Positions 35,364 through 45,197 of a stretch of DNA of 64,000 nt are shown piece by piece. The position numbers and the translations under genes were made by a program. Each line of letters begins with the position of its first letter. The stretch's first letter is position 1. The notes beneath the pieces are model-generated. The model was given only the letters and a program-made list of their open reading frames with translations. It did no database searches and was not told where the DNA came from. The DNA comes from Planctomycetota bacterium (GTDB taxonomy: Bacteria > Planctomycetota > E44-bin39): the NCBI GenBank assembly GCA_004376375.1, contig SOJX01000023.1, positions 36,013 through 100,012 on the forward strand. Reading direction: 5' to 3'.

Positions 35364-36223
35364 GAAGTTGCTCCGTCGGCGATCTCCTGCAGAGTCCGCC
35401 TGGTGAGTATCTCGACAATATGCCGTCGGTAGTTCGCGGACGCGCGGACGTCGTCTATCGGTTTGCAGGCCTCGCGCGCCTCGACGCCGGCCGCGATAAT
35501 CCGTTCGGGAATAAACGGCTGGCCCTCGAGCACCTCGGCGGCCTCGGGCACGAGCATCGGCACGGGCGCGACCGCGCCGAGGGCGACGCGCGCTTTGCCG
35601 ACTTTTCTCCTGCCCTTGATATACGCGGCGACGGAAACCATCGAGATGTCCATTGCCTCGCGCAAAGTATGGACGCGATAGATGCATCGTGCACCCTTCG
35701 GCATGAGCGGGATTTTTATCCGTGTAAGAATGTTCTCACCCGTCATAACTGTCTCGCCCGGACCGGTGAAAAAATCGGCAAGCGGGATCAACCGTTTTTT
35801 CGGAGGTCCGTGAATTTCAACCTTTGCAGCAAGCACCAAAAGCGGCGGCGCCATGTCGGCCGAAGGCGCTGCGTTTGCCAGGTTGCCGCCGACGGTCGCG
35901 ACGTTGCGCACCTGCGGACTCGCCATGAGCGATGCCGTGTACGGCAGGACGGGAAAATGCTCGGCAAGAATTTCCGAGTTCTGTATCTCGAAAAGTGTGG
36001 TCAGCGCACCGATGGTTACGGTCTTTCCCGTAACGGCAATGCCGCGCAGCTCTTCAACGTCCTTTAAGTTCACAAGCGCGGCCGGCGTTTTCGCGCCTTT
36101 CTTGATCTGGTTCAGAAGGTCGGTCCCGCCGGCGATTATTTTAGCGTTACCGCCGTGCTTCTGAAGAAACTTCAGCGCTTCTTTCACCGTCTTCGGCTTC
36201 ATATATGCGATAGTAGTTTCCAT
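35360..36223 (-). CDS. FAD-binding subunit of xanthine dehydrogenase family enzyme (CoxM-like)
   Basis: FAD-binding PCMH-type domain (AGGTDLL, VGGNLANA). Stop overlaps the small-subunit start. Confidence 0.85.
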   Translation of the reverse strand: METTIAYMKPKTVKEALKFLQKHGGNAKIIAGGTDLLNQIKKGAKTPAALVNLKDVEELRGIAVTGKTVTIGALTTLFEIQNSEILAEHFPVLPYTASLMASPQVRNVATVGGNLANAAPSADMAPPLLVLAAKVEIHGPPKKRLIPLADFFTGPGETVMTGENILTRIKIPLMPKGARCIYRVHTLREAMDISMVSVAAYIKGRRKVGKARVALGAVAPVPMLVPEAAEVLEGQPFIPERIIAAGVEAREACKPIDDVRASANYRRHIVEILTRRTLQEIADGATS

Positions 36224-36263
36224 GGAAACCCCCGCGGATTGTTGGCGGTTTTGAAGGAAAGGT

Positions 36264-36292
36264 ATTTAATCACAGGCAGGGATAAGTGTCAA
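36264..36292 (-). promoter_or_regulatory. candidate promoter on the minus strand for the xanthine-dehydrogenase-family operon (TTGACA-17-TTAAAT)
   Basis: The reverse complement of 36264-36292 reads TTGACACTTATCCCTGCCTGTGATTAAAT. Confidence 0.4.
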
Positions 36293-36363
36293 CAATTATA
36301 ATAGGCCAATGCAGGTCTTCCAGGTTCTTAACTTATAACTTTTAACTTAAAACTTATAACTGA

Positions 36364-37314
36364 TTAGAAGCGCTCGATATGGCCGACGAGGCGCCACCAG
36401 TCGATAATTTCCTCGCGGTGGAAGATCGACGGCGCGTAGTTCCTGTTCAGGGGCTGGAGGCGGATGGTTCCGTTCGGGTCGAAGAAAACCTGGCGGAAGG
36501 TCGGGCGCTCGCCCTCGATTCGGGCGAAGACGAAATCGCGGCTCTTGATTTCGACCTTGGATGCGAACGCGGCGATATCGCCCTCGCGGAACGACGGCGC
36601 CTGGTCCTGCGTCATCGAGTCGCCGATGACGTAGATCGCGAACGCGTGCTTGTCGTCGATGCGCGGCAGGAAGATGTAATCGTCGACCTCGCCGAGCGGC
36701 ACGCCTTCCTTTGCGAACTCGGTCGGGTAGCCGCTCGAAAGAGTATTGATAATCGGGATGCTCTGCCTCTGGACGGGCTCGCCTTCCTCATCGGTCAGTA
36801 TTCGGCCGAGCGTCGAGTCGGCGTGCGCGCGCTGCATCCTGAGCACCTGCTGCTTGAGCGAGTCGATAGTATCCTGCTGCGTCTCGAAGAAATAGGTCGG
36901 TTCGATTTTCAGGACCTTGCAGATCCGCTTTGCAAGCTCGGACGTCATGAAGTCGAGGTTGCCGTTCTCGATCTCGTTTATATAACTTTTTGTCTTGCCG
37001 ACTTTCGACGCGAGCTCCTCGGGCGTGAGGTGCCGCTCGCGGCGGCGCTTCCTTATCAGGCGGCCGATGTTCCTGTTCACCAGCGCGATGTTGATGTCTT
37101 TAAGTTCTTCTTCGTCTTCCTTGAAAAAGAAAGACGGCTTAACGTCGAGCGCTTCGGCGATTTTCGCAAGCGTTTTCGTGTCGATCCGCCGCTGGCCTTT
37201 TTCGAGCCGCGACATCTGGCTCTGCGAAAGGTCGATCTTTTCGGCGAGTTCTTTGCCGGTGACACCCTTCCGCTCGCGAAGAATTTTTATTTCCATGCCG
37301 ATGTTGTGTATCAT
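36364..37314 (-). CDS. transcriptional regulator with two XRE-type HTH domains and a C-terminal LexA/CI-like S24 peptidase domain
   Basis: Two HTH_XRE segments (LRERKGVTGKELAEKIDLSQSQMSRLEKG and RRRERHLTPEELASKVGKTKSYINEIENG) and an S24 motif GDSM with downstream Lys. Confidence 0.7.
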   Translation of the reverse strand: MIHNIGMEIKILRERKGVTGKELAEKIDLSQSQMSRLEKGQRRIDTKTLAKIAEALDVKPSFFFKEDEEELKDINIALVNRNIGRLIRKRRRERHLTPEELASKVGKTKSYINEIENGNLDFMTSELAKRICKVLKIEPTYFFETQQDTIDSLKQQVLRMQRAHADSTLGRILTDEEGEPVQRQSIPIINTLSSGYPTEFAKEGVPLGEVDDYIFLPRIDDKHAFAIYVIGDSMTQDQAPSFREGDIAAFASKVEIKSRDFVFARIEGERPTFRQVFFDPNGTIRLQPLNRNYAPSIFHREEIIDWWRLVGHIERF

Positions 37315-37551
37315 GACAGACTCCGTGCGCGCCTGAGGTATGGTTTTACGCGCCGCCCCCTCGAGTTACGGACTTGCAGTTACGTCATTCCAGAAAGCAG
37401 TATAACACAAATATCGCGTTTCGGCAAGTCCAAAGGTAAATTTTCAACGGAGTTGCAACGTATTGCAATTGCGGGGATTAGAGAAAACACACCAAGGGGG
37501 GAACATTTAAAAGGACGATACCTTTGCCAAAAGCGCAACAACCAGGATTTA

Positions 37552-38313
37552 TTAAAGTTCGGTCTTTTTCAGGATTTCGGAGACCGCTCTCACTGCCGGC
37601 GAATCGGCCGGCAGATCCAGAAGCGAATCGCCGTTCATGTTGGCGGCCATAACCGCTTCGTCGTCCGGTATTCTGCCGAGGTATTCTGCAGACCCGGTTC
37701 CGGTCAGTTTTTCTTCCATCGATTCGGGCACGCCCGCGCCCGCGACGACGTATACGTATTTGAACGTCACGCCGACCTCGCCGAGAATCACGCGGGAGCG
37801 GTCGAGGTTTGCGCGCGCTTTTTTCGACGCGTCGACAATCTGGATTATCGCGTCGACGTCACTGAAGAGTTTGCGGTTGAGATGCTCGAGCCCGCCCGGC
37901 GAATCGACTACGACGTAATCGTAACCGTTGACCAGACCCTCCATAATGCTTCGCAGCGTGTTGTTTGCGCTACAGTAACAGCCGCGGTCCCACTTCGTAC
38001 CGAGCGCGACAAGGTCGAACTTCTTACTTTCGTAAAACTCATTATGAAAGAGGTATTCGACCTGCTCGGTAAATGGAAGGTTTCCGACCGAGTCCGAAAC
38101 TTTTTTCTTTTTTATATCGTAAAGCAGGTCGCTAATGGTCCTGATGCCGGCAGCCTCGAGGTCAACGCCAAGCATCTCGGCCAGTGAAGTGTCGGGGTCG
38201 GCGTCGACGGCAAGGATTCTGCCGCCGCCTTTTTCGGCAAAGTGTTTAATGGCAAGCGCGGCAAAAGTGGACTTGCCGACGCCGCCTCTTCCTGTTACGA
38301 CCATGATGGCCAC
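37552..38313 (-). CDS. CooC-like P-loop ATPase (MinD/ParA superfamily)
   Basis: Deviant Walker A GRGGVGKST. Size and layout match CooC-type maturation ATPases. Confidence 0.7.
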   Translation of the reverse strand: MAIMVVTGRGGVGKSTFAALAIKHFAEKGGGRILAVDADPDTSLAEMLGVDLEAAGIRTISDLLYDIKKKKVSDSVGNLPFTEQVEYLFHNEFYESKKFDLVALGTKWDRGCYCSANNTLRSIMEGLVNGYDYVVVDSPGGLEHLNRKLFSDVDAIIQIVDASKKARANLDRSRVILGEVGVTFKYVYVVAGAGVPESMEEKLTGTGSAEYLGRIPDDEAVMAANMNGDSLLDLPADSPAVRAVSEILKKTEL

Positions 38314-38430
38314 TTATTCCTCCCAGCGCACAACAAACTTGTTAAGTCCAGACGCGGCGACAAGACGACAAGGAGACCCGGCGACAAGGAGACAAGGAGA
38401 AATATTCTATTTTAAGAATTTCAAGGCTCG

Positions 38431-38820
38431 TCATTTTTTGCTTTCCCCTATAATCCAGTCTTCAGGCTTATTAATCATTATTACCAGCTGTGAGCAAACA
38501 TGCTCGTATTTGTTCGACAATTCCGCTGCTATTGCGCTATCAAGATACTTGCATCGGACTGCAATTTCGATCCATGTCTCAGTTTCAGCAGCTTCACTCT
38601 CCGAGTCATTGAGTTTGCTTATGAATGCCGCCTTATACCGCCTTTTCCTCCAGGCCTCTGCAATATTGGCTGCAACTGACCTGGATGATCTGCGTATCTG
38701 ATCGGTTAACGAATATTTCTCTTCAGGTGGAAACTTTTTGGATATCTCAAATATTTCCATTGCCAGTTCAAACGCTGCCTGCCAGACCCTTAGTTCTTTG
38801 AAGTGATTTATTTTCCCCAT
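38431..38820 (-). CDS. four-helix-bundle protein (TIGR02436, 23S rRNA intervening-sequence protein family)
   Basis: MGKINHFKELRVWQAAFELAMEIF...PPEEKYSLTDQIRRSSRSVAANIAEA. Flanked by inverted GACAAGG/CCTTGTC tandem arms (38330-38400 and 38840-38880). Confidence 0.8.
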   Translation of the reverse strand: MGKINHFKELRVWQAAFELAMEIFEISKKFPPEEKYSLTDQIRRSSRSVAANIAEAWRKRRYKAAFISKLNDSESEAAETETWIEIAVRCKYLDSAIAAELSNKYEHVCSQLVIMINKPEDWIIGESKK

Positions 38821-38918
38821 TTTCTCTCCGAAAGCCTTGTTTTATTTTCGCCTTGTCTCCTTGTCTCCTTGTCAACTTGTCTGAGCGCTCAACACATTAT
38901 CGTCCAAACAGGCAGAAC

Positions 38919-39476
38919 TTATCGATTGCCAATCAGCGACATGGCCTCGTTACGGGTCGCGATTTTGTCGCGGAAGATGCCGCGGACGACCGAGGTCACC
39001 GTGCGCGCGCCCGGTTTCTTGACGCCGCGCATGGTCATGCAGAGGTGCTCGGCGTCCATGACGACAATCACGCCCTTCGGGTCCAGGTCGCGCATCAGGG
39101 TGTCGGCAATCTGCGAGGTCAGGCGCTCCTGCACCTGGAGCTTGCGGGCGTGGAACTCGACGACGCGCGCAAGCTTGGAGATGCCGCTTATCGATTCTTT
39201 CGGGATATACGCCACGTGGCAGATTCCGAGAAACGGAATCATGTGATGCTCGCATACGGAATAAAACGGGATGTCCCGCACGAGTATGATTTCGTCGTGC
39301 CGCTCGGCGGGCAGTTTCTTGATAATATCCTCATCCGACTTGCCGATGTTGCCGCAGATCTCGCCGTACATCCTGGCGACACGCTCGGGCGTCTCGGCCA
39401 GGCCGGGCCGCTCGGGGTCGTCGCCGAGGCCATCAATCAGCAGGCGAATCGCTTCTTCGATTTTCTTTTCATCCAT
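38919..39476 (-). CDS. folE: GTP cyclohydrolase I
   Basis: FolE core with the CEHHM motif. Confidence 0.95.
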   Translation of the reverse strand: MDEKKIEEAIRLLIDGLGDDPERPGLAETPERVARMYGEICGNIGKSDEDIIKKLPAERHDEIILVRDIPFYSVCEHHMIPFLGICHVAYIPKESISGISKLARVVEFHARKLQVQERLTSQIADTLMRDLDPKGVIVVMDAEHLCMTMRGVKKPGARTVTSVVRGIFRDKIATRNEAMSLIGNR

Positions 39477-39491
39477 GTGGTTCTCCGCAAG

Positions 39492-40370
39492 TTATTTATC
39501 CAGCAGGCCGAGTTTCCGCATTACCTCGAGCATTGTTTTCTCGTTCTTTTCCAAAAGCGGTACAAGCGGCAGGCGAAGCTCGCCCGTTATCATGCCCATG
39601 CACTTCATCATCGCCTTCACGGGGATCGGGTTCGACTCGATCATCGACATTTTGAAAAGCAGCCAGAGCTCATCGTGGATTTCCCTCGCGCCCGTAAAAT
39701 CGCCCTCGAGCACTTTACGTGCAAGCTCGGCCATCCGCGCAGGCACGACGTTGGCGACGACCGAGATAACGCCTTTCGCGCCGACCGACATGAGCGGAAG
39801 CGTAAGCGCGTCGTCGCCCGAAAGAATCGTGATATCGCAAAGGTTCAGAATCGAGCTCGCCTGCGCAAGCGAGCCGGTCGCCTCTTTCACCGCCACGATG
39901 TTGGGATGCCCGGCAAGCTCGGCAATCGTCTCCGGCGTCATGCTTATTACGCTGCGGCCCGGGATGTTGTAAAGCACGATCGGCAGGTCAACGTCGTCGG
40001 CGATCTTCCTGAAATGCGCGACAAGGCCGGCCTGGGTCGGCTTGTTATAGTACGGCGTGACCTGGAGAGTCGCGTCCGCGCCGACGCTTTTTGAAAACTT
40101 TGTCAGGCTTATTGCCTCGGTGGTATTATTCGACCCCGCGCCCGCGATAACGGGAACGCGCCCGCCTGCGGCCTCGGTCACGGTTGCGATAACTTTTTCA
40201 TGCTCCCCGTGGGAAAGCGTCGGCGATTCGCCGGTAGTGCCGACCGGGACAATCCCATCGGTCCCGTGCTTTATATGAAATTCGACGAGCTCTTTCAGCT
40301 TTTCATAATCCACATCGCCGTTTCTAAACGGCGTTACCAGCGCGACAATCGATCCTTTGAACACATTCAC
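39492..40370 (-). CDS. dapA: 4-hydroxy-tetrahydrodipicolinate synthase
   Basis: DapA motifs GTTGES and the conserved Lys-containing region. Confidence 0.95.
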   Translation of the reverse strand: MNVFKGSIVALVTPFRNGDVDYEKLKELVEFHIKHGTDGIVPVGTTGESPTLSHGEHEKVIATVTEAAGGRVPVIAGAGSNNTTEAISLTKFSKSVGADATLQVTPYYNKPTQAGLVAHFRKIADDVDLPIVLYNIPGRSVISMTPETIAELAGHPNIVAVKEATGSLAQASSILNLCDITILSGDDALTLPLMSVGAKGVISVVANVVPARMAELARKVLEGDFTGAREIHDELWLLFKMSMIESNPIPVKAMMKCMGMITGELRLPLVPLLEKNEKTMLEVMRKLGLLDK

Positions 40371-40374
40371 CTCC

Positions 40375-40470
40375 GGTTATTCGGTTCTTCGGTTACTCGG
40401 TTCTTCGGTTCCTCGGTTATTCGGTTATCCGGTTCTTCGGTTCTTCGGTTCTTCGGTTTTATTTCTTAAG
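40375..40470. repeat. tandem array of about twelve CGGTT(C/A)TT octamers between dapA and pdxJ
   Basis: CGGTTATTCGGTTCTTCGGTTACTCGGTTCTTCGG and so on. Followed by GCGCAGCAAGCTGCGC palindrome, CACTTCAGCACTTCAAC and CATCCTTCATACTTCAT arrays up to 40600. Confidence 0.85.
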
Positions 40471-40587
40471 AAACGCGCAGCAAGCTGCGCCGCTATATAT
40501 ATTATTAAATTATTCCCTCTTAACTTCAGCACTTCAACACCTCAGCACTTCAACACTTCTTAACTTTCATCCTTCATACTTCATCCT

Positions 40588-41322
40588 TCATACTTTCTTC
40601 TCGAATTTATCCAGGAGTTCGCGCATCTCGCGCACGGCCGGGCCGATGCCCGTGAAAATCGCGCGCGCGATAATCGCGAACCCGATGTTGACTTCCTCGA
40701 GCTCGGGAATCGCCGCCACCGGGCCGATGTTATGGTAATCAAGCCCGTGACCGGCGATAACGGCCAGGCCATTTTTCGCGGCAATCTGCGAGCCGAGAAT
40801 CAGGTCGGCCAGCGCTTGTTCCCGCGCAGTGCCGCGGGCGTTGCAGTATATTCCGGTGTGAAGCTCGACGGCCTGCGCGCCGACCTTTGCCGAAGCCTCG
40901 ATCTGCTCCGGCACGGGGTCGATGAACAGCGACACGAAAATCCCGCTGTCCCGAAGCCGCCCGGCCACGGCCTGCACTTTGTCTGCCGAGCCCGCGACGT
41001 CGAGACCGCCTTCGGTCGTCACCTCTTCGCGCCGCTCGGGGACGAGCGTGCATTGATAAGGTTTCACCTCGCATGCGATATCGACGATTTCATCCCACGT
41101 CGCCATTTCAAGGTTGAGGTGCGTCTTCACGGTTTCGCTCATCAGGCGCACGTCGCGGTCGTTGATATGTCGTCGGTCCTCGCGCAGGTGAATAGTTATC
41201 CCGTCGGCACCGTTCATCTCGCAGACGGCCGCGGCCGCCACGGGGTCGGGAAACGGCTCACGCCTCGCCTGCCGCACGGTTGCGACATGGTCTACATTAA
41301 CACCAAGACGAATCATTTTCAC
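40588..41322 (-). CDS. pdxJ: pyridoxine 5-prime-phosphate synthase
   Basis: PdxJ N-terminal signature [15 protein letters not shown]. Confidence 0.95.
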   Translation of the reverse strand: MKMIRLGVNVDHVATVRQARREPFPDPVAAAAVCEMNGADGITIHLREDRRHINDRDVRLMSETVKTHLNLEMATWDEIVDIACEVKPYQCTLVPERREEVTTEGGLDVAGSADKVQAVAGRLRDSGIFVSLFIDPVPEQIEASAKVGAQAVELHTGIYCNARGTAREQALADLILGSQIAAKNGLAVIAGHGLDYHNIGPVAAIPELEEVNIGFAIIARAIFTGIGPAVREMRELLDKFEKKV

Positions 41323-41451
41323 CCTCCGTATACGTTGTTCGGTCCGGAAATTATAACACCATGCGCCTGTTTAGCAAAAATCTTTTCAGGAAAAAACGGA
41401 AGAAGAAATTCGTCGTTGAAATGGGAGAGTAAATCATTCATTATATGTTCC

Positions 41452-42162
41452 ATGAAATGGCCCGCTGACTTGGAACTAGTATTGATGCCAGGGCTGGACG
41501 GCACGGGGATAATGTTCGAGCCGTTTCTCAAGGTCCTGGCTCCGGAAATCAGAACAACTGTAATAAGCTATCCCAGCGAAGACAAGCCTCTTTCATATCA
41601 GCAACTTATAAGTCATGCTGAAGGGAAAATCCCAAGAGACAGGCCGATTGTAATTCTTGCAGAATCGTTTTCCGGTCCGATTGCAATCAACCTGCTCGGG
41701 CGCGGCATGCCGAACGTAAAAGGGGCGGTTTTCTGCGCGACTTTTGCCAGGCCGCCTTACCCGTTCCTGCTGGAATTCACAAAACTTCTTCCTCTCGACC
41801 AGCTTTTTCGCCTGCCCATGCCTGATTTTGCACTTGGAAAGTTCTGTTTCGGACCGGACGCTCCCGATTCACTGCCCGCTTTACTTCAGAAAGCTGTCGA
41901 AACTGCAAAGCCGGTCAACATTGCCGCGCGGTTCAAAATGCTGGCCGACATCGACGAGCTTTCAGCGTTGCGTAAAATTAAAATTCCCTGCTGTTATATC
42001 CAGGCATCGGCGGATCATCTCGTCCCGTCCAACTGCATCGAGCCGTTCAGAGAAGCATTGCATGATTTAGTTGTAAGGAAAATAGATGGGCCGCATTTTT
42101 TATTGCAGGTCAAGCCGGCCGAGACACTTGAAGTCATTTACGAATTCGTCAATAACCTGTAG
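41452..42162 (+). CDS. alpha/beta-fold hydrolase
   Basis: 236 aa. Start at ATG 41452 (MKWPADLELVLMPG). The 5-prime part of the track ORF 40732-42162 is antisense to pdxJ and rejected. Confidence 0.65.
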   Translation: MKWPADLELVLMPGLDGTGIMFEPFLKVLAPEIRTTVISYPSEDKPLSYQQLISHAEGKIPRDRPIVILAESFSGPIAINLLGRGMPNVKGAVFCATFARPPYPFLLEFTKLLPLDQLFRLPMPDFALGKFCFGPDAPDSLPALLQKAVETAKPVNIAARFKMLADIDELSALRKIKIPCCYIQASADHLVPSNCIEPFREALHDLVVRKIDGPHFLLQVKPAETLEVIYEFVNNL

Positions 42163-42198
42163 CCTCATAAAAGCTGATTTCAAGGGCCTGCCGAGTAT

Positions 42199-43359
42199 TT
42201 AACTTTTCAGCCGCCGTCTGCGCAGGGCGATAAGGAGGATAATGCCGAGGGCGCAGGCGGCGAGCGAGCCTGCCACAAATCCGCCTCTGTATTCGCGCAT
42301 GAGGTCGGGAAGGTGCCACGCGAAGGAAAGCATCCTGTCGCCGGCTATAAGGTAGACAAACGCGCCGCCGACAAGGAACGGGCCGAACGGAACCTTCGCG
42401 TCGCCCTTGCGGTAGAACAATCGGATGGGCGCGCCGATAAGCGTTGCCGAAAGCACGCCGACCACGAGAATCGAAAACACGCCGATAACGCCGAAAAAAC
42501 CGCCGAGCATCGCCATCAGCTTGACGTCCCCGAAGCCCATCGCCGCAGGCGAAGGCTTACCTGCATCGCCCTCTCCCTCTTCTTCTGAAATTCCAAGCTC
42601 CTTCCGCTCGCGCGCCTCGTCCTGTTCGAGCGTCTTTTTGAATACTGCGCCGCCGAGGATGCCGAGCGACCAGATAATCGCGCCGCCGACGCACATGCCC
42701 ACGATGGAATGCGCAAACGCGGCAACGTTTTCAAAAAGCGGCGTGCCGAGGACGGGCGCGGTCATCTTCTGAAGGCCTGCCGTAAATGAGGGCCAGTTCG
42801 CGTCAAAGACTTTCTCCAGGTACGGCATCGCGGGCGCGTGGAGCGCGGGTATAAGAAAACTTATAATCGGTGCGGCGATTATTCCGGGGATGTCAATCTC
42901 ATCGGGGATAATGCGAAAATCAACGTCGATGAAGAGAATAACAATAAACGCGCCGGTCAGGACGGCCCCGATGAAAAGCATTTCCCATTGCGGGTCGCGC
43001 GGCTGCGAGGCGACAAACCTCCAGGCAAGACACCCGAAGAGGACGGCCGTGAGTAATTCTATCATGGCGTAGCGGATGGAAAACTTCGCCCCGCAGTGCC
43101 GGCACTTCCCCCCGAGAACAAACCAGCTTATTATCGGGATATTGTCGAACCAGAAGATATCTTTTTTACACGCCGTGCAGAACGAATGCTTCGGGCGGAT
43201 AATGGAAAGACAGTTTCTCGGCAGGCGGTAGATGCAGACGTTGAGAAAACTTCCCACCACGGCGCCGAAGATAAACGAGAACGGCACCGACAGCCAGAGC
43301 ATGAACGCGCTCGCCGCCTCGGGTGAATCGACTGTAATATGTATTTGTGAGAGTATCAT
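42199..43359 (-). CDS. prepilin (type IV leader) peptidase, A24 family, with large insertion
   Basis: N-terminal Cys-tetrad region (CxxC...CxxC) and the catalytic-region motif FGDVKLMAMLGGF. At 386 aa it is much longer than typical PilD. Confidence 0.8.
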   Translation of the reverse strand: MILSQIHITVDSPEAASAFMLWLSVPFSFIFGAVVGSFLNVCIYRLPRNCLSIIRPKHSFCTACKKDIFWFDNIPIISWFVLGGKCRHCGAKFSIRYAMIELLTAVLFGCLAWRFVASQPRDPQWEMLFIGAVLTGAFIVILFIDVDFRIIPDEIDIPGIIAAPIISFLIPALHAPAMPYLEKVFDANWPSFTAGLQKMTAPVLGTPLFENVAAFAHSIVGMCVGGAIIWSLGILGGAVFKKTLEQDEARERKELGISEEEGEGDAGKPSPAAMGFGDVKLMAMLGGFFGVIGVFSILVVGVLSATLIGAPIRLFYRKGDAKVPFGPFLVGGAFVYLIAGDRMLSFAWHLPDLMREYRGGFVAGSLAACALGIILLIALRRRRLKS

Positions 43360-43674
43360 ACGTGCATTTCCGGCCCGTTCGGCGGCATGGTAGCACGGTC
43401 CCGCAAAAGCGGCAAGGGGAAAATAGGGTACGGAGCATCAATCGCGTAAGTTCAGACACGGCAATGGGAAGACACGGTGACAAGGAGACACGGAGAAAAG
43501 GAGACACGGAGAAAAAAGATATATTGACGGAAGGACCGAAAGACCGAAGGACCAAAGGACCAATAGACCACTTCACAAAAATGAAAAAAATTCTCGAATC
43601 CGCGTTTGAATCGGTTACAATACCCACTGTAAGGAGTACCCAGCCTGGAAGAATCTTCACCTGAGGGGGATAAC

Positions 43675-44232
43675 ATGGCGACAATCGGGGCCCGCCTGAG
43701 AAACTGGTGGCTCAACCGGTATTACCAGCGGAAATTCAACGAGCTCGGCGGACCGATAAAGTTCCGTGGAACGCCGATAATAAGAAACTCCGGCACGCTG
43801 AAAGCGGGGAAGAAACTATACTTACTTTCATACTGGAAGCCGATCTTTATAATGGTCCGCAGGGGCGGCGTGCTCGAGTTCGGCGACGGGGTGAATATTA
43901 ACCACGGCGTGCACATCGCCGCTTTCAAGAGCATAAAGATCGGACACCAGTGCGGCATCGGCATGGACGTGATGATAATGGACAGCGACTTCCACGAGCT
44001 GGACTCGGAAAAGGGAACAATCGAGGCCGCCGAGGTCGTGCTGGAGGACCACGTCTGGATCGCAAACCGGGCGATCGTGCTGAAGGGAGTGCGCATCGGC
44101 GCCGGGGCCGTCGTCGCGGCGAACTCGGTCGTAACGAAAGACGTGGAGCCCAATATGCTTGTCGCGGGAATCCCCGCGAAGCCGATCAAGAAAGTCAACC
44201 GCAACATGCTGCATCCGGAAGATAAGCTTTAA
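43675..44232 (+). CDS. hexapeptide-repeat (left-handed beta-helix) acetyltransferase
   Basis: Repeated [LIV]-G-x-x-x-x hexapeptides ([17 protein letters not shown]). Confidence 0.8.
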   Translation: MATIGARLRNWWLNRYYQRKFNELGGPIKFRGTPIIRNSGTLKAGKKLYLLSYWKPIFIMVRRGGVLEFGDGVNINHGVHIAAFKSIKIGHQCGIGMDVMIMDSDFHELDSEKGTIEAAEVVLEDHVWIANRAIVLKGVRIGAGAVVAANSVVTKDVEPNMLVAGIPAKPIKKVNRNMLHPEDKL

Positions 44233-45197
44233 TGAAAATCCTTATCGCCGGCGCGTACGACAACGTGCCCCACACGACCGTGAAATTCATGGAAAAGGCT
44301 TTCAGAAGCCTCGGGCACGACGTCGAGATTTTCGATTTCCGCAGGATAAGGAAAGAGCGCGGCGGCTCGGAGATGGAATCGCAAATGCTGGCGACGGTCC
44401 GCGAAACAGAACCGGACACCATGATTCTCATGAAGGGCGAAGACATCAACTTGCGTACTATTATAGCAATAGGAGAACACACGCACGTCTCGCTCAGGTA
44501 TATGGATTCGCCGCTCCCGCGCTGGCTGAGGAAGCTCGCCGCCGCATGCGATTCGACTTTTATCACCGCCGGCGGGCTTGTCGCTGAATTCGAGAAGGCC
44601 GGCGTGAAAAACGTATTCCATCTCTGGGAGGGCGTCGACCCCGAGGTCCACAGGCACTGGGAAACGGATACAGATGATTTCGAATGCGACGTCGCGTTCG
44701 TGGGCGTGAACAAGGCCGGGCGTGACGCGCTTCTCTCCACCGTGATCGAGACCGGCGCGGACGTCGCCGTATACGGCCGCAAATGGCCCGCGGGCTTCCC
44801 GGTCAGAGGCGAGGGAATATATCTGGACGATTTTGCAAAACTCTGCAGCAGGGCGAAAATCGTTCTCGGCATGAACGACAACAACTCTATCGAGAATTAT
44901 TTCTCCGACCGCACGTTCCAGATCCCGGCCTGCCGCGGCTTTCACATTACCAGCCGCGTGCCGGGCATGGAAAACTGGTTCACCGACGGCGGACACCTGG
45001 TATGCTTCGACATAGGGCGCGGACGCGGTAAAAAAAAGTACGCCGACGCGGCGGATAAGGTAAAATACTGGCTCGACCGGCCGGACGAGCGGGTCCGTAT
45101 AGCCGCCGCCGGACAGAAATGGGTCTACGAGCGCTACACCTGGAAAAAAGTGTGCGCCGGGATGACGGGAAAGATAGAAGCTCTGATTTCCTGTTAG
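44232..45197 (+). CDS. glycosyltransferase-like protein (CgeB/DUF3880-like)
   Basis: Soluble GT-B-like layout. Translationally coupled to the upstream acetyltransferase (TAATG overlap). Confidence 0.5.
   Translation: MKILIAGAYDNVPHTTVKFMEKAFRSLGHDVEIFDFRRIRKERGGSEMESQMLATVRETEPDTMILMKGEDINLRTIIAIGEHTHVSLRYMDSPLPRWLRKLAAACDSTFITAGGLVAEFEKAGVKNVFHLWEGVDPEVHRHWETDTDDFECDVAFVGVNKAGRDALLSTVIETGADVAVYGRKWPAGFPVRGEGIYLDDFAKLCSRAKIVLGMNDNNSIENYFSDRTFQIPACRGFHITSRVPGMENWFTDGGHLVCFDIGRGRGKKKYADAADKVKYWLDRPDERVRIAAAGQKWVYERYTWKKVCAGMTGKIEALISC

Noticed and set aside
37440-37480. LexA box of the classical CTGT-N8-ACAG or GAAC-N4-GTTC type
   Set aside because: Neither consensus is present. Only the weaker TTGCAA-CGTA-TTGCAA arrangement was seen, and that is reported as a hypothesis rather than a feature.
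40375-40470. Possible CRISPR array (regularly spaced repeats)
   Set aside because: The unit is only 8 bp and is directly tandem with no unique spacers. The same applies to the GTGCTGG array at 25218-25300. No cas genes are in the window.
40732-41451. N-terminal 240 codons of the 476-aa track ORF 40732-42162
   Set aside because: Fully antisense to pdxJ. The recognisable alpha/beta hydrolase begins at ATG 41452 with its own spacing from pdxJ.
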